A DNA stretch of 64,000 nucleotides from an uncultured Candidatus Saccharibacteria bacterium (GTDB lineage: Bacteria > Patescibacteriota > Minisyncoccia > Phycocordibacterales > UBA5272), in assembly GCA_964420875.1 (NCBI GenBank), contig CAYQUK010000001.1, forward strand, positions 74,051 to 138,050, in the 5' to 3' direction. This document shows, piece by piece, positions 50,306-61,474 of the stretch. Below the pieces are notes generated by a model. That model saw only the letters and a program-made list of their open reading frames with translations. It had not been told where the DNA came from and did not search any database. A program made the translations under genes and the position numbers. The stretch's first letter is position 1. Each line of letters opens with the position of its first letter.

Positions 50306-50680
50306 ATGCAAAATGTACTTACTCTAATTGTAAATAATGAAAAGACTGATATCGAGTACATTGATAATGGTGTAAAAATGTTTGAGTATGAGTCACCGAT
50401 CGGCCTCCAGCATGCAATAAAAAATAATTTATCAGAGTCTGCTGCAAATGACTGGTTCTCATATGTACTGTGGTCGCTGCATAGTATCTCATATATAGAG
50501 AGGATACCAACAACAATATATATAAAAGTTGCTGAGCATCAAGTTTGGTTTCAAAGTATTATCGAAAGGTATAGTTATGCACAGTTTTTTACTGATAGTG
50601 GAAAGGTCCGTGCTATTATTTTAGATAATAGTCAAACTTATGGACGACATCAAAAGACGCTCTCCAAATTCTCAATCTAA
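50306..50680 (+). CDS. Hypothetical protein (124 aa)
   Basis: ORF only. Confidence 0.35.
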   Translation: MQNVLTLIVNNEKTDIEYIDNGVKMFEYESPIGLQHAIKNNLSESAANDWFSYVLWSLHSISYIERIPTTIYIKVAEHQVWFQSIIERYSYAQFFTDSGKVRAIILDNSQTYGRHQKTLSKFSI

Positions 50681-51962
50681 GAGAGTTCATCAGGCTCCAC
50701 TACTGCGCGCGCATCAGCGTGATTTGTATAGGAAGGTAGAAGAGTTTGAAAGTGACGTATATGAGGACGAAAATGATGAGAACGCAGAGTCTAATGACAT
50801 CAGAAGTTTCTATAACAGTCGCAGAGAAGAAGAAAGAAAACCATTCAGAATATCTAAATTTTCCCTTATCGGCTCATTCCTATTTGTTTTATTTGTTACG
50901 AGTGTATTGCTTTTTACTTTTGTGTTTAACGGGGCGACTATCACTGTTACACCTCGTACATATTCATTTGCGGTAGACACTGAGATCAATATGGCTTCAT
51001 CTAGTGATGTGGGGTATGTGGCATCGAGCACAGAAACAATTAAAAAAACATTGGATAGATCTGAAAAGAAAAAAGTCCAATCAAAAGCTGCTGGACAAAT
51101 AACAATATACAATAATTATACCGAAGACACTCAGAAACTAGTTAAAAATACTCGTTTTGAGGCACCAAATGGAATCATATTCAGAATAACAGATTCTGTA
51201 GTTGTCCCAGGAAAGAAAAATGGCATACCAGGGTCTGTTGTGGCAAAAGTAACAGCAGACTCATTTGGTGAAAATTATAATATAAAGCCTAGCAAATTCA
51301 CCATACCAGGATTTAAAAATTCTCCTCGTTTCGATGGATTCTATGCCGAATCGAAAGTTGCTATGACTGGAGGAGCTGACGGTGACAGATACGTAGTCAG
51401 TTCTGATGCTATTGCTCTAGCTGATACAGGTATGCAAAATACATTAAAAACAAATCTAACAAAGATCATCTTAGAAAAAGATGTGCCGAGCGATTACATA
51501 CTAGCAACTAGCAGTATATACATAGAGTATTCTAATAATTTAGAAGCTTACGAGTCTGGCAAAGCTGACAGCTATGAAGTCACAGGTATTGCATATGTTT
51601 ACCTTTTAGCCAAAGAATCTTTAGCTGAAAAGATAGCCAAGACTAGTATGCCTAATTCGGTATATGGTCAGACCTATAGAGTTTTGGATTACTCCACCTT
51701 AACTATAAATCCAAAATCAACGATGCAAAAAGAAGACGTTTTAACATTAAAAGGCGAGGGTGTGCTGATATATGACACTGACTATGAAAAAATAAAGTCT
51801 GAACTTGCTGGTAAAGACGAAAATGAATACAGCCAAGTATTCTCAGATTTTCCTTCTGTTGAAAAGGCTGATATAGACATCTCTCCTTTTTGGGTTCATT
51901 CTTTCCCAAAGAATATTAACAAATTAAAAATAGAGGAGGTATTGCCATCTAGTGCCTACTAG
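50640..51962 (+). CDS. Hypothetical membrane-anchored exported protein (440 aa)
   Basis: Charged N-terminus, one TM (FSLIGSFLFVLFVTSVLLFTFVF), large extracytoplasmic beta-rich domain. Confidence 0.5.
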   Translation: MDDIKRRSPNSQSKRVHQAPLLRAHQRDLYRKVEEFESDVYEDENDENAESNDIRSFYNSRREEERKPFRISKFSLIGSFLFVLFVTSVLLFTFVFNGATITVTPRTYSFAVDTEINMASSSDVGYVASSTETIKKTLDRSEKKKVQSKAAGQITIYNNYTEDTQKLVKNTRFEAPNGIIFRITDSVVVPGKKNGIPGSVVAKVTADSFGENYNIKPSKFTIPGFKNSPRFDGFYAESKVAMTGGADGDRYVVSSDAIALADTGMQNTLKTNLTKIILEKDVPSDYILATSSIYIEYSNNLEAYESGKADSYEVTGIAYVYLLAKESLAEKIAKTSMPNSVYGQTYRVLDYSTLTINPKSTMQKEDVLTLKGEGVLIYDTDYEKIKSELAGKDENEYSQVFSDFPSVEKADIDISPFWVHSFPKNINKLKIEEVLPSSAY

Positions 51963-51984
51963 TATACAATCAGCCAATATAATT

Positions 51985-52194
51985 ATGGACGAAGAAGAAA
52001 TAGAAGTTATCGACGGGAGAGTTATCGCAGCATTACCAAATACACATTTTAGAGTCACTACTCCAAAAGGAGAAATGACAGTGTATTTGGGCGGCAAGAT
52101 GCGTATAAAGAAAATAAGGGTTTTGGTGGGAGATAGGGTGTCTATACAGCTAGATGAATATGGAGGCAAGGGTAGAATAGTTAGGAGATTATAA
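51985..52194 (+). CDS. infA: Translation initiation factor IF-1
   Basis: S1-like OB fold (GRVIAALPNTHFRVTTPKGEMTVYLGGKMRIKKIRVLVGDRVSIQLDEYGGKGRIVRRL); start placed at ATG 51985. Confidence 0.85.
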   Translation: MDEEEIEVIDGRVIAALPNTHFRVTTPKGEMTVYLGGKMRIKKIRVLVGDRVSIQLDEYGGKGRIVRRL

Positions 52195-52261
52195 TTTATA
52201 GAGAATTTAGGGGTCGGGCCTTGTGAATATTTATAAAATATAGTATACTGTGGCAACTTGC

Positions 52262-52375
52262 ATGAAAGTAAGGTCATCTATTAAAAAAATCTGTTCAAAC
52301 TGTCAGATGGTGCGTCGCAGAGGCGCCCTTCGTGTCATTTGTAAAAATCCTAAGTGCAAACAAGTACAAGGGTAA
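52262..52375 (+). CDS. rpmJ: 50S ribosomal protein L36
   Basis: Hand-translated 37-aa [40 protein letters not shown] with the L36 zinc ribbon; absent from the ORF track because it is under 60 aa. Confidence 0.85.
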   Translation: MKVRSSIKKICSNCQMVRRRGALRVICKNPKCKQVQG

Positions 52376-52393
52376 TTTATTATTAAATAATTT

Positions 52394-52774
52394 ATGCGTA
52401 TTGCAGGTATTAATCTTCCAGAAAACAAAAGACTTGAGATCGCCCTCACTGCTGTATACGGCATTGGTAGATCTCGTGCTAGAAAAATCCTAGATGCTGC
52501 AAAGGTAGAGTATGGTATCAAAACCCCAGATCTATCTGCTGATGCAGAAGCTGCTATCCGTAAAGAGGTAGAGGCTTATCGTATCGAGGGAGACCTATCT
52601 CGCGACATACAACAAGAGATAAAGCGTCTAAAAGATATCAAATGCTATCGTGGCACAAGACATCTAAAACATTTACCAGCTAGAGGTCAACGCACCAAAA
52701 CAAATAGCCGTACAGTACGTGGTAACGTGCGCAAGACTATGGGTAGCGGTCGTCGTAAGACTGAAAAGACCTAG
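52394..52774 (+). CDS. rpsM: 30S ribosomal protein S13
   Basis: MRIAGINLPENKRLEIALTAVYGIGRSRARKIL. Confidence 0.95.
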   Translation: MRIAGINLPENKRLEIALTAVYGIGRSRARKILDAAKVEYGIKTPDLSADAEAAIRKEVEAYRIEGDLSRDIQQEIKRLKDIKCYRGTRHLKHLPARGQRTKTNSRTVRGNVRKTMGSGRRKTEKT

Positions 52775-52805
52775 AATTTAAATTCTAACTTGATTTAAAC
52801 TTATT

Positions 52806-53240
52806 ATGGGAAAAAAAAGAATTGTAAAAAAGAATAGTTCTGGAGTTGACGGATCTCTAAAAGCAAGATCTCTTGCAAAGGGTCTAAAGAAAAAAGTTGT
52901 AGAAGGTATTCTTTTTGTAGAATCAACTTATAACAACACTAGAGTCACTTTGACTGACAAAAGTGGTAATTCACTAGCTTGGTCATCGTCTGGATCTCTT
53001 GGATTCAAAGGTGCTAAAAAAGGTACACCTTTTGCAGCAAGTAAAATCGGAGAGTTGTTAGGAGAAAAAGCAAGCCAAGCGGGTATCAAAGAGGTATCTG
53101 TAGTAGTAAAGGGCGTAGGATCTGGACGCGAGTCAGCAATCAGAAGCTTTTCTGCTTTCAATATTGACGTTACTAGTATCGAGGACAAGACACCAGTTCC
53201 ACACAATGGGCCAAAACCAAAGAAACCTAGACACGTCTAG
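52806..53240 (+). CDS. rpsK: 30S ribosomal protein S11
   Basis: Conserved S11 core (VTLTDKSGNSLAWSSSGSLGFKGAKKGTPFAA...). Confidence 0.95.
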   Translation: MGKKRIVKKNSSGVDGSLKARSLAKGLKKKVVEGILFVESTYNNTRVTLTDKSGNSLAWSSSGSLGFKGAKKGTPFAASKIGELLGEKASQAGIKEVSVVVKGVGSGRESAIRSFSAFNIDVTSIEDKTPVPHNGPKPKKPRHV

Positions 53241-53274
53241 TTTCCATTATCAAACTTACTTTCATTAAAAACAT

Positions 53275-53910
53275 ATGACATCAGATGCTAAATGTAAAAA
53301 ATGTAGAAGAGCTGGAGAAAAGCTTTATCTAAAAGGAGAAAAATGCTTCACACCAAAGTGTCCTTTTATCGAGCGTCCATATCCACCAGGAATCAGAGAT
53401 AACGAAAGAAAACACAGAACAAACAAGTCTGAGTATTCAGAGCAATTGAAAGAGAAACAAAAGATTCGTAATATTTACGGTCTCTCAGAGAAGCAATTTG
53501 CTAATTATGTTGAAAACATAAAACCTGTGTCTATCAAACACAAAACTAATGAAGGACAAGCTCTCGTTATGCAACTCGAAGAGAGATTGGATAATACAGT
53601 GTTCAGAATGGGTCTAGCAACATCTCGCGCCTTAGCTCGTCAATTGGTATCTCATGGTCATATCGTTGTTAATGATAAAAAAGTAGACGTACCATCACTA
53701 CGTGTCACTGTAGGGGATGAGATAGTTGTTAGGGAAGGAAGCAGAACATTAAAAGTGTTCACCGCTATCGCTGACAAGTTAAAAGACCACAAATTAGTAT
53801 CTTGGATGACTGTTGATCCAGTTAAAATGTCTGCCAAGATAACAGCTCACCCATTCGAGACTGATCATGCTCTCGATATACAAAAAGTTCTAGAGTTCTA
53901 TTCTCGCTAG
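53275..53910 (+). CDS. rpsD: 30S ribosomal protein S4
   Basis: N-terminal zinc-ribbon-like CKKCRRAGEKLYLKGEKCFTPKC, S4 domain. Confidence 0.95.
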   Translation: MTSDAKCKKCRRAGEKLYLKGEKCFTPKCPFIERPYPPGIRDNERKHRTNKSEYSEQLKEKQKIRNIYGLSEKQFANYVENIKPVSIKHKTNEGQALVMQLEERLDNTVFRMGLATSRALARQLVSHGHIVVNDKKVDVPSLRVTVGDEIVVREGSRTLKVFTAIADKLKDHKLVSWMTVDPVKMSAKITAHPFETDHALDIQKVLEFYSR

Positions 53911-53980
53911 TATCCACAATTAGCCTTTGCCAAAAGGCGAAATATGTAGTATTATTAGATAAGTTTTAATCTCACCAATT

Positions 53981-54946
53981 ATGTCATCACATTCAATTCT
54001 TCTCCCAACAAAGCCAAAAATTATAAAAGATGAAAATACTGTAGGTATTTTTGAAGTTGACGGTCTATACCCAGGTTACGGTCACACACTCGGCAACTCA
54101 TTGCGTCGTGTTATTCTTTCTTCTATTCCTGGTGCCGCTATTACATCTATCAGTATTGATGGTGTAAAGCATGAATTTTCTACAATAGAAGGAGTAAAAG
54201 AAGATGTTATCTCAATAATTTTAAACTTGAAAAAGGTACGTTTTAAGTTACACTCTGACGAAGAGACTCAGATCAGTCTTTCTGTAAAAGGTCCAAAGGT
54301 TGTAACTTCAAAAGATATTATCACTCCTTCACAAGTTGAAGTTGTAAACAAAGATCAATACCTTTTTGAAATAACAAGCAACAAAGAGATCTCTATCAAT
54401 CTTACCGTTGAGAAAGGTCTAGGCTATGTGCCTCGTGAGTTGATTTCAAAAGACAAAGCTGATATTGGTGCTATTGTTTTGGACGCATCATTTACACCTA
54501 TCAGACGTGTGTCATATGAGGTTGAGAATATGCGTGTAGGAGACAGAACTGACCACAACAGACTCCGTATATCTATCGAGACAGATGGTAGCATCACTGC
54601 CAAGGAAGCTTTTGAGTCGTCAATACAAACAATGATTCACCAAATGCAATCTATTATCGGTTATCGTGAGTTCTCTTCTAGAGAAGACGAGGTGATTACT
54701 CCAGCTGTAGCAGGAGATGTGGTAGAGGAGTCAGCAGACACAGACGTTACAAAAACAAAAATAGAAGATCTCACTCTTTCAACGAGAACTATCAACACTC
54801 TTATTGCTGCTGGAGTAAAAACTTTAGGAGGTCTAGCTCGCAAGTCATTAACTGACATCAAAGAGATAGAAGGTATGGGAGACAAGGGTATCAACGAGAT
54901 AAAAGAGGTTATCGCTAACTATGGATTTACTCTAAAAGAGGAGTAA
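53981..54946 (+). CDS. rpoA: DNA-directed RNA polymerase subunit alpha
   Basis: N-terminal dimerisation domain and C-terminal alpha-CTD (LTLSTRTINTLIAAGVKTLGGL). Confidence 0.95.
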   Translation: MSSHSILLPTKPKIIKDENTVGIFEVDGLYPGYGHTLGNSLRRVILSSIPGAAITSISIDGVKHEFSTIEGVKEDVISIILNLKKVRFKLHSDEETQISLSVKGPKVVTSKDIITPSQVEVVNKDQYLFEITSNKEISINLTVEKGLGYVPRELISKDKADIGAIVLDASFTPIRRVSYEVENMRVGDRTDHNRLRISIETDGSITAKEAFESSIQTMIHQMQSIIGYREFSSREDEVITPAVAGDVVEESADTDVTKTKIEDLTLSTRTINTLIAAGVKTLGGLARKSLTDIKEIEGMGDKGINEIKEVIANYGFTLKEE

Positions 54947-54983
54947 TTGAAATTTATTAAAATAAGTGTTATAATTTGCCGCT

Positions 54984-55337
54984 ATGAAGCATCATAAAGC
55001 CATCAGAAAATTCGGAAGAGAGAAAAACGCCAGAAAGGCTTTTATTAAAGGTCTTGCTAGTTCACTCATCATACACGGTCGTATCGAGACTACTATTGCT
55101 CGTGCCAAGGAGGTTCGTCCATTTGTTGAGAGACTAGTAACATATGCAAAGGATGGTACTATACCAGCTCGCCGTTTAGCATCTTCAAAACTATACAATC
55201 ATGACATAGAGATAAACAAGCTATGGAGTGAGTATGCCCCAAAGTACAAAGACGTAAAAGGTGGATACACTCGTATCATACGTCTCAATCCACGCTTGTC
55301 TGACGCTAGTGAGATGGCTATTATCGAATTTATCTAA
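54984..55337 (+). CDS. rplQ: 50S ribosomal protein L17
   Basis: MKHHKAIRKFGREKNARKAFIKGLASSLIIHGRIETT. Confidence 0.93.
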   Translation: MKHHKAIRKFGREKNARKAFIKGLASSLIIHGRIETTIARAKEVRPFVERLVTYAKDGTIPARRLASSKLYNHDIEINKLWSEYAPKYKDVKGGYTRIIRLNPRLSDASEMAIIEFI

Positions 55338-55342
55338 ACTTT

Positions 55343-55687
55343 ATGAAATACACAATTGACGCAACAGGAAAATCATTAGGACGCCTAGCTAGCGAAGTAG
55401 CGGCTATTCTTAATGGGAAAAACAGAATTGATTTTGTTAAGAATAAAGTATTGGATGAGTCTGTGCTCGTTACTAACGCTGCAAAGGTGCGTGTAACTGG
55501 TAACAAAATGAATGAGTTGCTACACAAGAGATACTCAGGATTCCCAGGAGGATTGAAAGAATTAACTCTTAACAAAGTCATAATCAGAAAAGGGTACGCA
55601 GAGCTTATCAAGCATTCTATTTACGGTATGCTTCCAAAAAACAAACTCCAAGATATTCGTATGAAGAATCTTGAGATAACTGAATAA
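55343..55687 (+). CDS. rplM: 50S ribosomal protein L13
   Basis: L13 fold; follows rplQ with a 5-nt gap. Confidence 0.92.
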   Translation: MKYTIDATGKSLGRLASEVAAILNGKNRIDFVKNKVLDESVLVTNAAKVRVTGNKMNELLHKRYSGFPGGLKELTLNKVIIRKGYAELIKHSIYGMLPKNKLQDIRMKNLEITE

Positions 55688-55696
55688 TTTATATAT

Positions 55697-56095
55697 ATGT
55701 CAACATCAAAATACATCGAAGGAATAGGTCGCCGCAAAACATCAGTAGCCAGAGTTCGTATAACTCCGTCTACAAAGATCACTTTTATGGTCAATGACAA
55801 GGAGGTAAAAGAGTACTTCCCAACAAAAGAAATGCAAATGATTGCAGGTGAGGCTCTTCCAAAATCAGGAGTATCAACAACATTCTCTGTATCAGCACAT
55901 GTTAATGGTGGCGGTATACATTCACAAGCAGAGGCGGTACGTCATGGTATGGCTCGTGCTATTGTGGCTCATGATTTAGAGCTTCGTTCTACTCTAAAGA
56001 AAATCGGATTCCTTAAACGTGATCCTCGTGCAAAAGAGAGAAAGAAACCAGGATTGAAAAAAGCTCGCAAGGCACCAACTTGGTCAAAACGCTAG
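55697..56095 (+). CDS. rpsI: 30S ribosomal protein S9
   Basis: C-terminus ...GLKKARKAPTWSKR typical of S9. Confidence 0.93.
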   Translation: MSTSKYIEGIGRRKTSVARVRITPSTKITFMVNDKEVKEYFPTKEMQMIAGEALPKSGVSTTFSVSAHVNGGGIHSQAEAVRHGMARAIVAHDLELRSTLKKIGFLKRDPRAKERKKPGLKKARKAPTWSKR

Positions 56096-56175
56096 TCCAA
56101 AGTCTACAAAACAAAAACTCCCGTACGGGAGTTTTTGTTTTTACTGTAGTTAATTTTTGTGTTAATATGTTTGCA

Positions 56176-56291
56176 TCGCTGGTTAATTCCCTGTCGGCGA
56201 TGACTTGGAACTCTCCTCAGGGTAACGAAAGTTAATCCAAGTTTTCCTCCAGGCTGGCTCGAACTAATCCTCCGATCGCCAGCCTTTTTTT
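56176..56291 (+). ncRNA. Candidate small RNA between the rpsI terminator and the grpE promoter
   Basis: ~115 nt, GC-rich in an AT-rich context; nested hairpins (ccctg...caggg; ggctggc...gccagcc + T7); two CCUCC motifs; -10-like TAATAT upstream; no ORF. Confidence 0.25.
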
Positions 56292-56295
56292 ATGC

Positions 56296-56326
56296 TTGAC
56301 ATGAAACCATGTTTTGTATATAAATA
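56296..56326 (+). promoter_or_regulatory. Sigma-70-type promoter for grpE-dnaK-dnaJ (TTGACA-17-TATAAA)
   Basis: gcTTGACAtgaaaccatgttttgtaTATAAAt read directly; no CIRCE (TTAGCACTC-N9-GAGTGCTAA) inverted repeat seen. Confidence 0.45.
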
Positions 56327-56332
56327 ATACAT

Positions 56333-56869
56333 ATGAATGAAGATGATGTTGTTTTTGAAGATTTGGATGAAAGTGGTGAGGAGAGCCTAAAAGTCTCTGT
56401 CGCTAAATTGAAAGAGAAAATCAAGAAACTGCAAGAGGAAAAGGCAGAGTATCTGTCTGGCTGGCAACGTGCTCAGGCTGACTATGCCAATAGAGAAAAA
56501 GAGATAACACGCGAAAAAGCTGAAATTGGTAAATACGCTATTAAAAAGTTCGTAATGGATTTACTCCCAGTTCTCGATACTTATGATGCTGCACGCAGCA
56601 ACCAGGCTGCTTGGGAGGCAGTGGATGCTAATTGGCGTGGGGGTATCGAGTATATATTTAAAACCTTTGAGGATAAGCTGGCCGGTGAAGGTCTCGAGGC
56701 ATTTGGTGCAGTAGGTGAAGCATATGACGCGAACCTCCATGAGGCTCTTGAGAGTATAGAAACAAGTGATGAGAATCAAAATGAGAAGATATCCCAAGTA
56801 ATTATGCGTGGATACAAACTGAATGGCATGATAGTGAGGCCAGCAAAAGTGAAGGTCTATAAAAAATAA
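56333..56869 (+). CDS. grpE: Nucleotide exchange factor GrpE
   Basis: Coiled-coil N-terminus, GrpE C-terminal beta-domain (VIMRGYKLNGMIVRPAKVKVYKK). Confidence 0.9.
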   Translation: MNEDDVVFEDLDESGEESLKVSVAKLKEKIKKLQEEKAEYLSGWQRAQADYANREKEITREKAEIGKYAIKKFVMDLLPVLDTYDAARSNQAAWEAVDANWRGGIEYIFKTFEDKLAGEGLEAFGAVGEAYDANLHEALESIETSDENQNEKISQVIMRGYKLNGMIVRPAKVKVYKK

Positions 56870-57193
56870 TGCAAATCATAATACAGAAAAAATATATAGT
56901 GGCATATGAAATAGCAGAAAATATATTTGCTGTATTTTTGGTGATTGTAAATTTTGTATTTAATATAGTCCAAAAAGTAAGAGACAGCGTTGATGAAATT
57001 GTAAAATATGTAAAGAATATTTTCACAAAGTTTAAACAAGTTGCATTAGGTGTAAATAATAATTTTAATTACAAAAGAGTTGCTGTTAAGAGTGATTTTA
57101 TAATATATTCTAACTTGCTAGCACCACCGGCGAGACCGTAATTTTACTTATCAAAGTTCGTCTTAATAAATATAAATTTAAACAAATAAAAAC

Positions 57194-59068
57194 ATGGCAA
57201 AAATAATAGGAATAGACTTGGGAACAACCAACTCAGCGGTAGCGATAATGGAAGGAGGTGTACCAAAAATAATCGAGAACATCGAAGGTTCACGTACTAC
57301 TCCATCAGTAGTGAGTGTATCTAAAAACGGTGAGCGTACAGTGGGAGCACTTGCAAAGCGTCAAGCAGTGATGAATCCAAAAGACACTATCTATGGTGTA
57401 AAGAGATACATGGGTCATACATTTTCTGACAAAGAAGTAAGTGATGACATCGGACGTGTGTCATATGAGGTAAAGTCTGGACCAAACAACAGTGTGTTAG
57501 TGGTTCTCGGTGGAAAAGATATGAGACCAGAGGAGGTGTCAGCAATGATATTACAAAAGATAAAGGCAGACGTGGAGGCAAAGACAGGTGAAAAAGTCAC
57601 CGAGGCTGTGATCACAGTGCCTGCATATTTTAACGATACACAGCGTCAGGCAACAAAGGACGCTGGAGCGATAGCGGGGTTAGATGTTAAACGCATCATC
57701 AATGAACCTACAGCTGCAGCTCTTGCCTATGGATTCGACAAAAAAGCAAATGAAAAGTTGGCGGTGTATGACTTCGGAGGAGGTACATTTGATATATCGA
57801 TACTCGAGGTGGGTGATGGGGTGGTGGAGGTAAAAGCTACAGGTGGAGACAGTCATCTCGGAGGTCGTGATATAGATCAGGAGATAGTTGCATATATCAA
57901 AGATCAATTTAAAAAAGAAACTGGTATAGACCTAACCAGTGACAGTCTAGCAATGCAAAGACTGGATGAGTCCGCAGAAAAAGCAAAGCACGAGCTGTCT
58001 ACTCAGGTGGAGAGCAAGATATTCTTGCCGTACATTTCAGTTGGTGCTGAGGGACCAAAGAATCTTGATGTGACCATCACTCGCGCACAACTGGAGAATA
58101 TCGCTAGACCATTTGTAGAGAGGTCAATCAAAATCACAGAGCAAGTTTTGAAAGATTCTAATTTTTCAAAATCTGACATCAACGAGATCATAATGGTGGG
58201 AGGTCAGACACGTATGCCAATGATAGTTGAGGCTGTGAAGGCGTTGTTTGGTAAAGAGCCAAATAGATCTGTAAATCCAGATGAAGTAGTAGCCCTCGGT
58301 GCAGCTGTTCAAGCTGGAGTGTTACAAGGTGATGTGAAAGATGTATTACTACTCGATGTTATACCATTGTCACTCGGTATCGAGACTATGGGTAACGTTG
58401 CAACAAAGCTTGTTGAGAAAAATAGTACAATACCAACATCTCGCTCACAAACATTCTCTACAGCAGCCGATAATCAGACTAGTGTTGAGATACATATAGT
58501 CCAAGGTGAACGCGCAATGGCACCGGACAACAAGTCGCTCGGTAGATTTATCCTTGATGGTATACCACCAGCTCCACGTGGAGTTCCACAAGTTGAGGTT
58601 ACATTTGATGTAGATGCAAATGGAATCTTGAATGTAAAAGCAAAAGATAAAACAAGTGGCAAAGAGCAATCGATCAGAGTAGAGGCATCGTCTGGTCTTT
58701 CAAAAGAAGAAATAGCAAAGATGCAAGCTGATGCAGAAGCCAATGCCGCAGAAGATGAAAAGAAACGTGAAGCAGCAGAATCTAAAAACATTGCTGATCA
58801 ATTAATTCATACTGCTGAGAAAGCATTAAAAGATGCAGAGGGAAAAATCAGTGATGATATTAAAAAAGAAGTTATGGATAAAATATCAGAACTCAAATCT
58901 GCAAAAGACACCAATGATGTTGAGAAGATCAAATCAGCTAGTGATGCACTCAACACATCAATGATGAAAATCGGTGAAGCTATGAAGACAGCAAATGAGC
59001 AAGCAACTCCAAATGCTGAACCACAGGCAGAATCAAATCCTGAAGAGGGTAGTGAGGAGAATAAGTAA
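57194..59068 (+). CDS. dnaK: Chaperone DnaK (Hsp70)
   Basis: [21 protein letters not shown], full Hsp70 domain architecture. Confidence 0.97.
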   Translation: MAKIIGIDLGTTNSAVAIMEGGVPKIIENIEGSRTTPSVVSVSKNGERTVGALAKRQAVMNPKDTIYGVKRYMGHTFSDKEVSDDIGRVSYEVKSGPNNSVLVVLGGKDMRPEEVSAMILQKIKADVEAKTGEKVTEAVITVPAYFNDTQRQATKDAGAIAGLDVKRIINEPTAAALAYGFDKKANEKLAVYDFGGGTFDISILEVGDGVVEVKATGGDSHLGGRDIDQEIVAYIKDQFKKETGIDLTSDSLAMQRLDESAEKAKHELSTQVESKIFLPYISVGAEGPKNLDVTITRAQLENIARPFVERSIKITEQVLKDSNFSKSDINEIIMVGGQTRMPMIVEAVKALFGKEPNRSVNPDEVVALGAAVQAGVLQGDVKDVLLLDVIPLSLGIETMGNVATKLVEKNSTIPTSRSQTFSTAADNQTSVEIHIVQGERAMAPDNKSLGRFILDGIPPAPRGVPQVEVTFDVDANGILNVKAKDKTSGKEQSIRVEASSGLSKEEIAKMQADAEANAAEDEKKREAAESKNIADQLIHTAEKALKDAEGKISDDIKKEVMDKISELKSAKDTNDVEKIKSASDALNTSMMKIGEAMKTANEQATPNAEPQAESNPEEGSEENK

Positions 59069-59141
59069 ATAATCTTTAAGAAAATAGTGGAACAAAGCCG
59101 GTTGCGTACGCAACCGGCTTTGTGTTATATTTCATCTTAAT

Positions 59142-60236
59142 ATGGCTAAAAAAGATCATTATTCAACACTTGGGGTCACAAAATCAGCCAGTAAAGAGGA
59201 GATTAAAAAGGCTTTTTACAAACTGGCCGGTAAACATCATCCAGACAAGGGTGGTGATGAGGCAAAATTCAAAGAGGTTAATGAGGCCTATCAGATACTG
59301 AGTGACGATAAAAAGAGAAAAGAGTATGACATGTATGGTGAGAGTTTTTCTCATTCTAATCCTGGTGCAAATCATGGAGCTGGATTCGGAGGGTTTGGTG
59401 GTTTTGATCCATCGCAATTTGGTGGTGATATGCAGTTTGATTTTGGTGATCTCGGTGACATATTTGGAGATATGTTTTCTGGTTTTGGGTATGAAGGAGG
59501 AGCTAGGTCAAGAAGGGGGCGTGACATGTCTCTCGAGATAGAGATACCTTTTGCTGAAAGTGTTTTTGGTACAGAAAGAAAAGTTTTGATATCAAAAGTT
59601 TCAAAATGTAAAACCTGTAACGCTACAGGGGGAAAACCTGGAGCAGGTACAAAGACCTGTGAGACCTGTAATGGTAAAGGAAAAATACATGAAACCAGAA
59701 AGACATTCATGGGGGCATTTCAAACTGTAAAGAATTGTGATGTTTGTGAAGGTGTTGGGTCTGTTCCAAAAGAAAGCTGCAGTGACTGCAAGGGTGCCGG
59801 AGTTAAGCAGGTACGTGAAGAAATAACCATAAACATACCAGCTGGGATCAATAACGGAGAAATGATTAAAATGGCTGGACAAGGAGAGGCTGTGAAGTCT
59901 GCAGAGGCGGGAGATTTATTTGTTAAGATAAGGGTCCAATCTGATAAAAATTGGCACAGAGAGGGATATGATCTTGTCATCAATCACAAAATAAAACTAT
60001 CAGATGCCTTGTTGGGTAAAAAAGAAAATCTATTTGGTATAGATGGGGAAATTTCTTTTGAAATACCGGCCGGTGTTAGTATAGGTGAAGCGATAAGGAT
60101 TGTTGGACGCGGTGTGCCAAACACTAACAAGAGAAACAGAGGTGATGTTATTGTTAGATTGATAATTGAGCTACCAAAAAAGCTTTCTAAAAAAGCTAAA
60201 ACCTTGGTTGAAGAGTTGAAAGAAGAGGGTGTTTAG
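59142..60236 (+). CDS. dnaJ: Chaperone DnaJ
   Basis: J domain with HPD (GKHHPDKGG), G/F-rich region, four CxxCxGxG zinc repeats. Confidence 0.95.
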   Translation: MAKKDHYSTLGVTKSASKEEIKKAFYKLAGKHHPDKGGDEAKFKEVNEAYQILSDDKKRKEYDMYGESFSHSNPGANHGAGFGGFGGFDPSQFGGDMQFDFGDLGDIFGDMFSGFGYEGGARSRRGRDMSLEIEIPFAESVFGTERKVLISKVSKCKTCNATGGKPGAGTKTCETCNGKGKIHETRKTFMGAFQTVKNCDVCEGVGSVPKESCSDCKGAGVKQVREEITINIPAGINNGEMIKMAGQGEAVKSAEAGDLFVKIRVQSDKNWHREGYDLVINHKIKLSDALLGKKENLFGIDGEISFEIPAGVSIGEAIRIVGRGVPNTNKRNRGDVIVRLIIELPKKLSKKAKTLVEELKEEGV

Positions 60237-60286
60237 TATTGCTATCCACAACTATAGAAACTGTCACCGTGATACAATTGAGTGAC

Positions 60287-61414
60287 ATGAAAACAAAAGT
60301 ATCTTCAAATACAAAATCTAATTTTTCCTTATCAGCATTATTAACATACCTGTTTGCACTAACACCTGTGATACTCACTAGTGCATATGTGCCTCAAAAT
60401 ACTTTCCCACACTGGGCAGTTACTATTTGTGTAGCAAGTATTGTTTTTCTTATTTCTTCAATTGTTATTCTTTATGGCAGCATAAAAAACAAGTCCTACG
60501 GGGGTAACGTTCTGCTTCCTATATTGACTGTAGTATTGGGTGCGGTTTCTATATACACATATGTGCTGGAGACTACACTACCTTATTCATTTGTTTTGTT
60601 TGGAAAAGGTATATCACCAGTGAGTGTTGCGGCTATAGTGAGTTTAGCCCCTATCATATATCTAGCCTCTGTATTGAGAGATAAAGCTCGCCTAGTTATG
60701 ATAGCTAGTGCCTTTGTCGCGGCCGGTCTGCCATTCCTATTTTCTGTAATATCTAGAAGTATTTCAAATATAACTGATGTCGTTGCAGCATTATTACAGC
60801 CAGTTATATCTTTCGATACAATATACGCGTATCCATTCTGGTATGCTGCTTCTGTATTGTTTGGTCTGGTATTAGGTTTCTTGTTCGAGTCTAGAAAGAT
60901 AAATGTGCTAAATATCTCAATGTTAACAAAAATAACCGCTGTTGTATTGGTATGTATTTCAGCTGGTTGGGTTGCTCATAACAGTATCAGATTAATAGCT
61001 GGCACATACTATGTAAAAGCTTATAATGCAGCATCAGCTAATGAGCTAGTTATAGCAGAATCTAATCTCAAAAAAGCTATATCTATTGCGCCATTTGATG
61101 TTTATTATTTAGGTCTCGTTGATATAGATCTCGCAAAGTTGCAATCAGCTAATGCTTCTACTTCTGAACAAGAGATAGCAGATAGACTGACAACTATGAC
61201 ACAAAATGCACAGTCAGCATTTGTTTATGATCCATCTAACAATTTACCACTATTCTATCTATACAATATTTACAAGATGATAGGGCTGACAGATCAGGAG
61301 GAGTTGGTGTTAAATGAATTATCTGTAAGATTGCCAGATAATGCGGAGGTACAAGGTCTTTTAAAAGATTTACAAGCCGCTAAAGCGAAAGCTTCATCTA
61401 CTAAATCAAATTAA
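60287..61414 (+). CDS. Hypothetical polytopic membrane protein (~375 aa) with C-terminal soluble region
   Basis: At least 7 predicted TM helices; start placed at internal ATG 60287. Confidence 0.5.
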   Translation: MKTKVSSNTKSNFSLSALLTYLFALTPVILTSAYVPQNTFPHWAVTICVASIVFLISSIVILYGSIKNKSYGGNVLLPILTVVLGAVSIYTYVLETTLPYSFVLFGKGISPVSVAAIVSLAPIIYLASVLRDKARLVMIASAFVAAGLPFLFSVISRSISNITDVVAALLQPVISFDTIYAYPFWYAASVLFGLVLGFLFESRKINVLNISMLTKITAVVLVCISAGWVAHNSIRLIAGTYYVKAYNAASANELVIAESNLKKAISIAPFDVYYLGLVDIDLAKLQSANASTSEQEIADRLTTMTQNAQSAFVYDPSNNLPLFYLYNIYKMIGLTDQEELVLNELSVRLPDNAEVQGLLKDLQAAKAKASSTKSN

Positions 61415-61474
61415 AAAGTTTGCAAACAGAAAAAAGAGTCTGCTCGCGCAGACTCTTTTTTCTGTTATAATATA

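Noticed and set aside
56869-57141. 90-aa ORF between grpE and dnaK
   Set aside because: ~25% GC, AT-rich intergenic-looking; overlapping ORFs on both strands; no RBS. It is probably the dnaK upstream regulatory region, although a small TM protein cannot be excluded.
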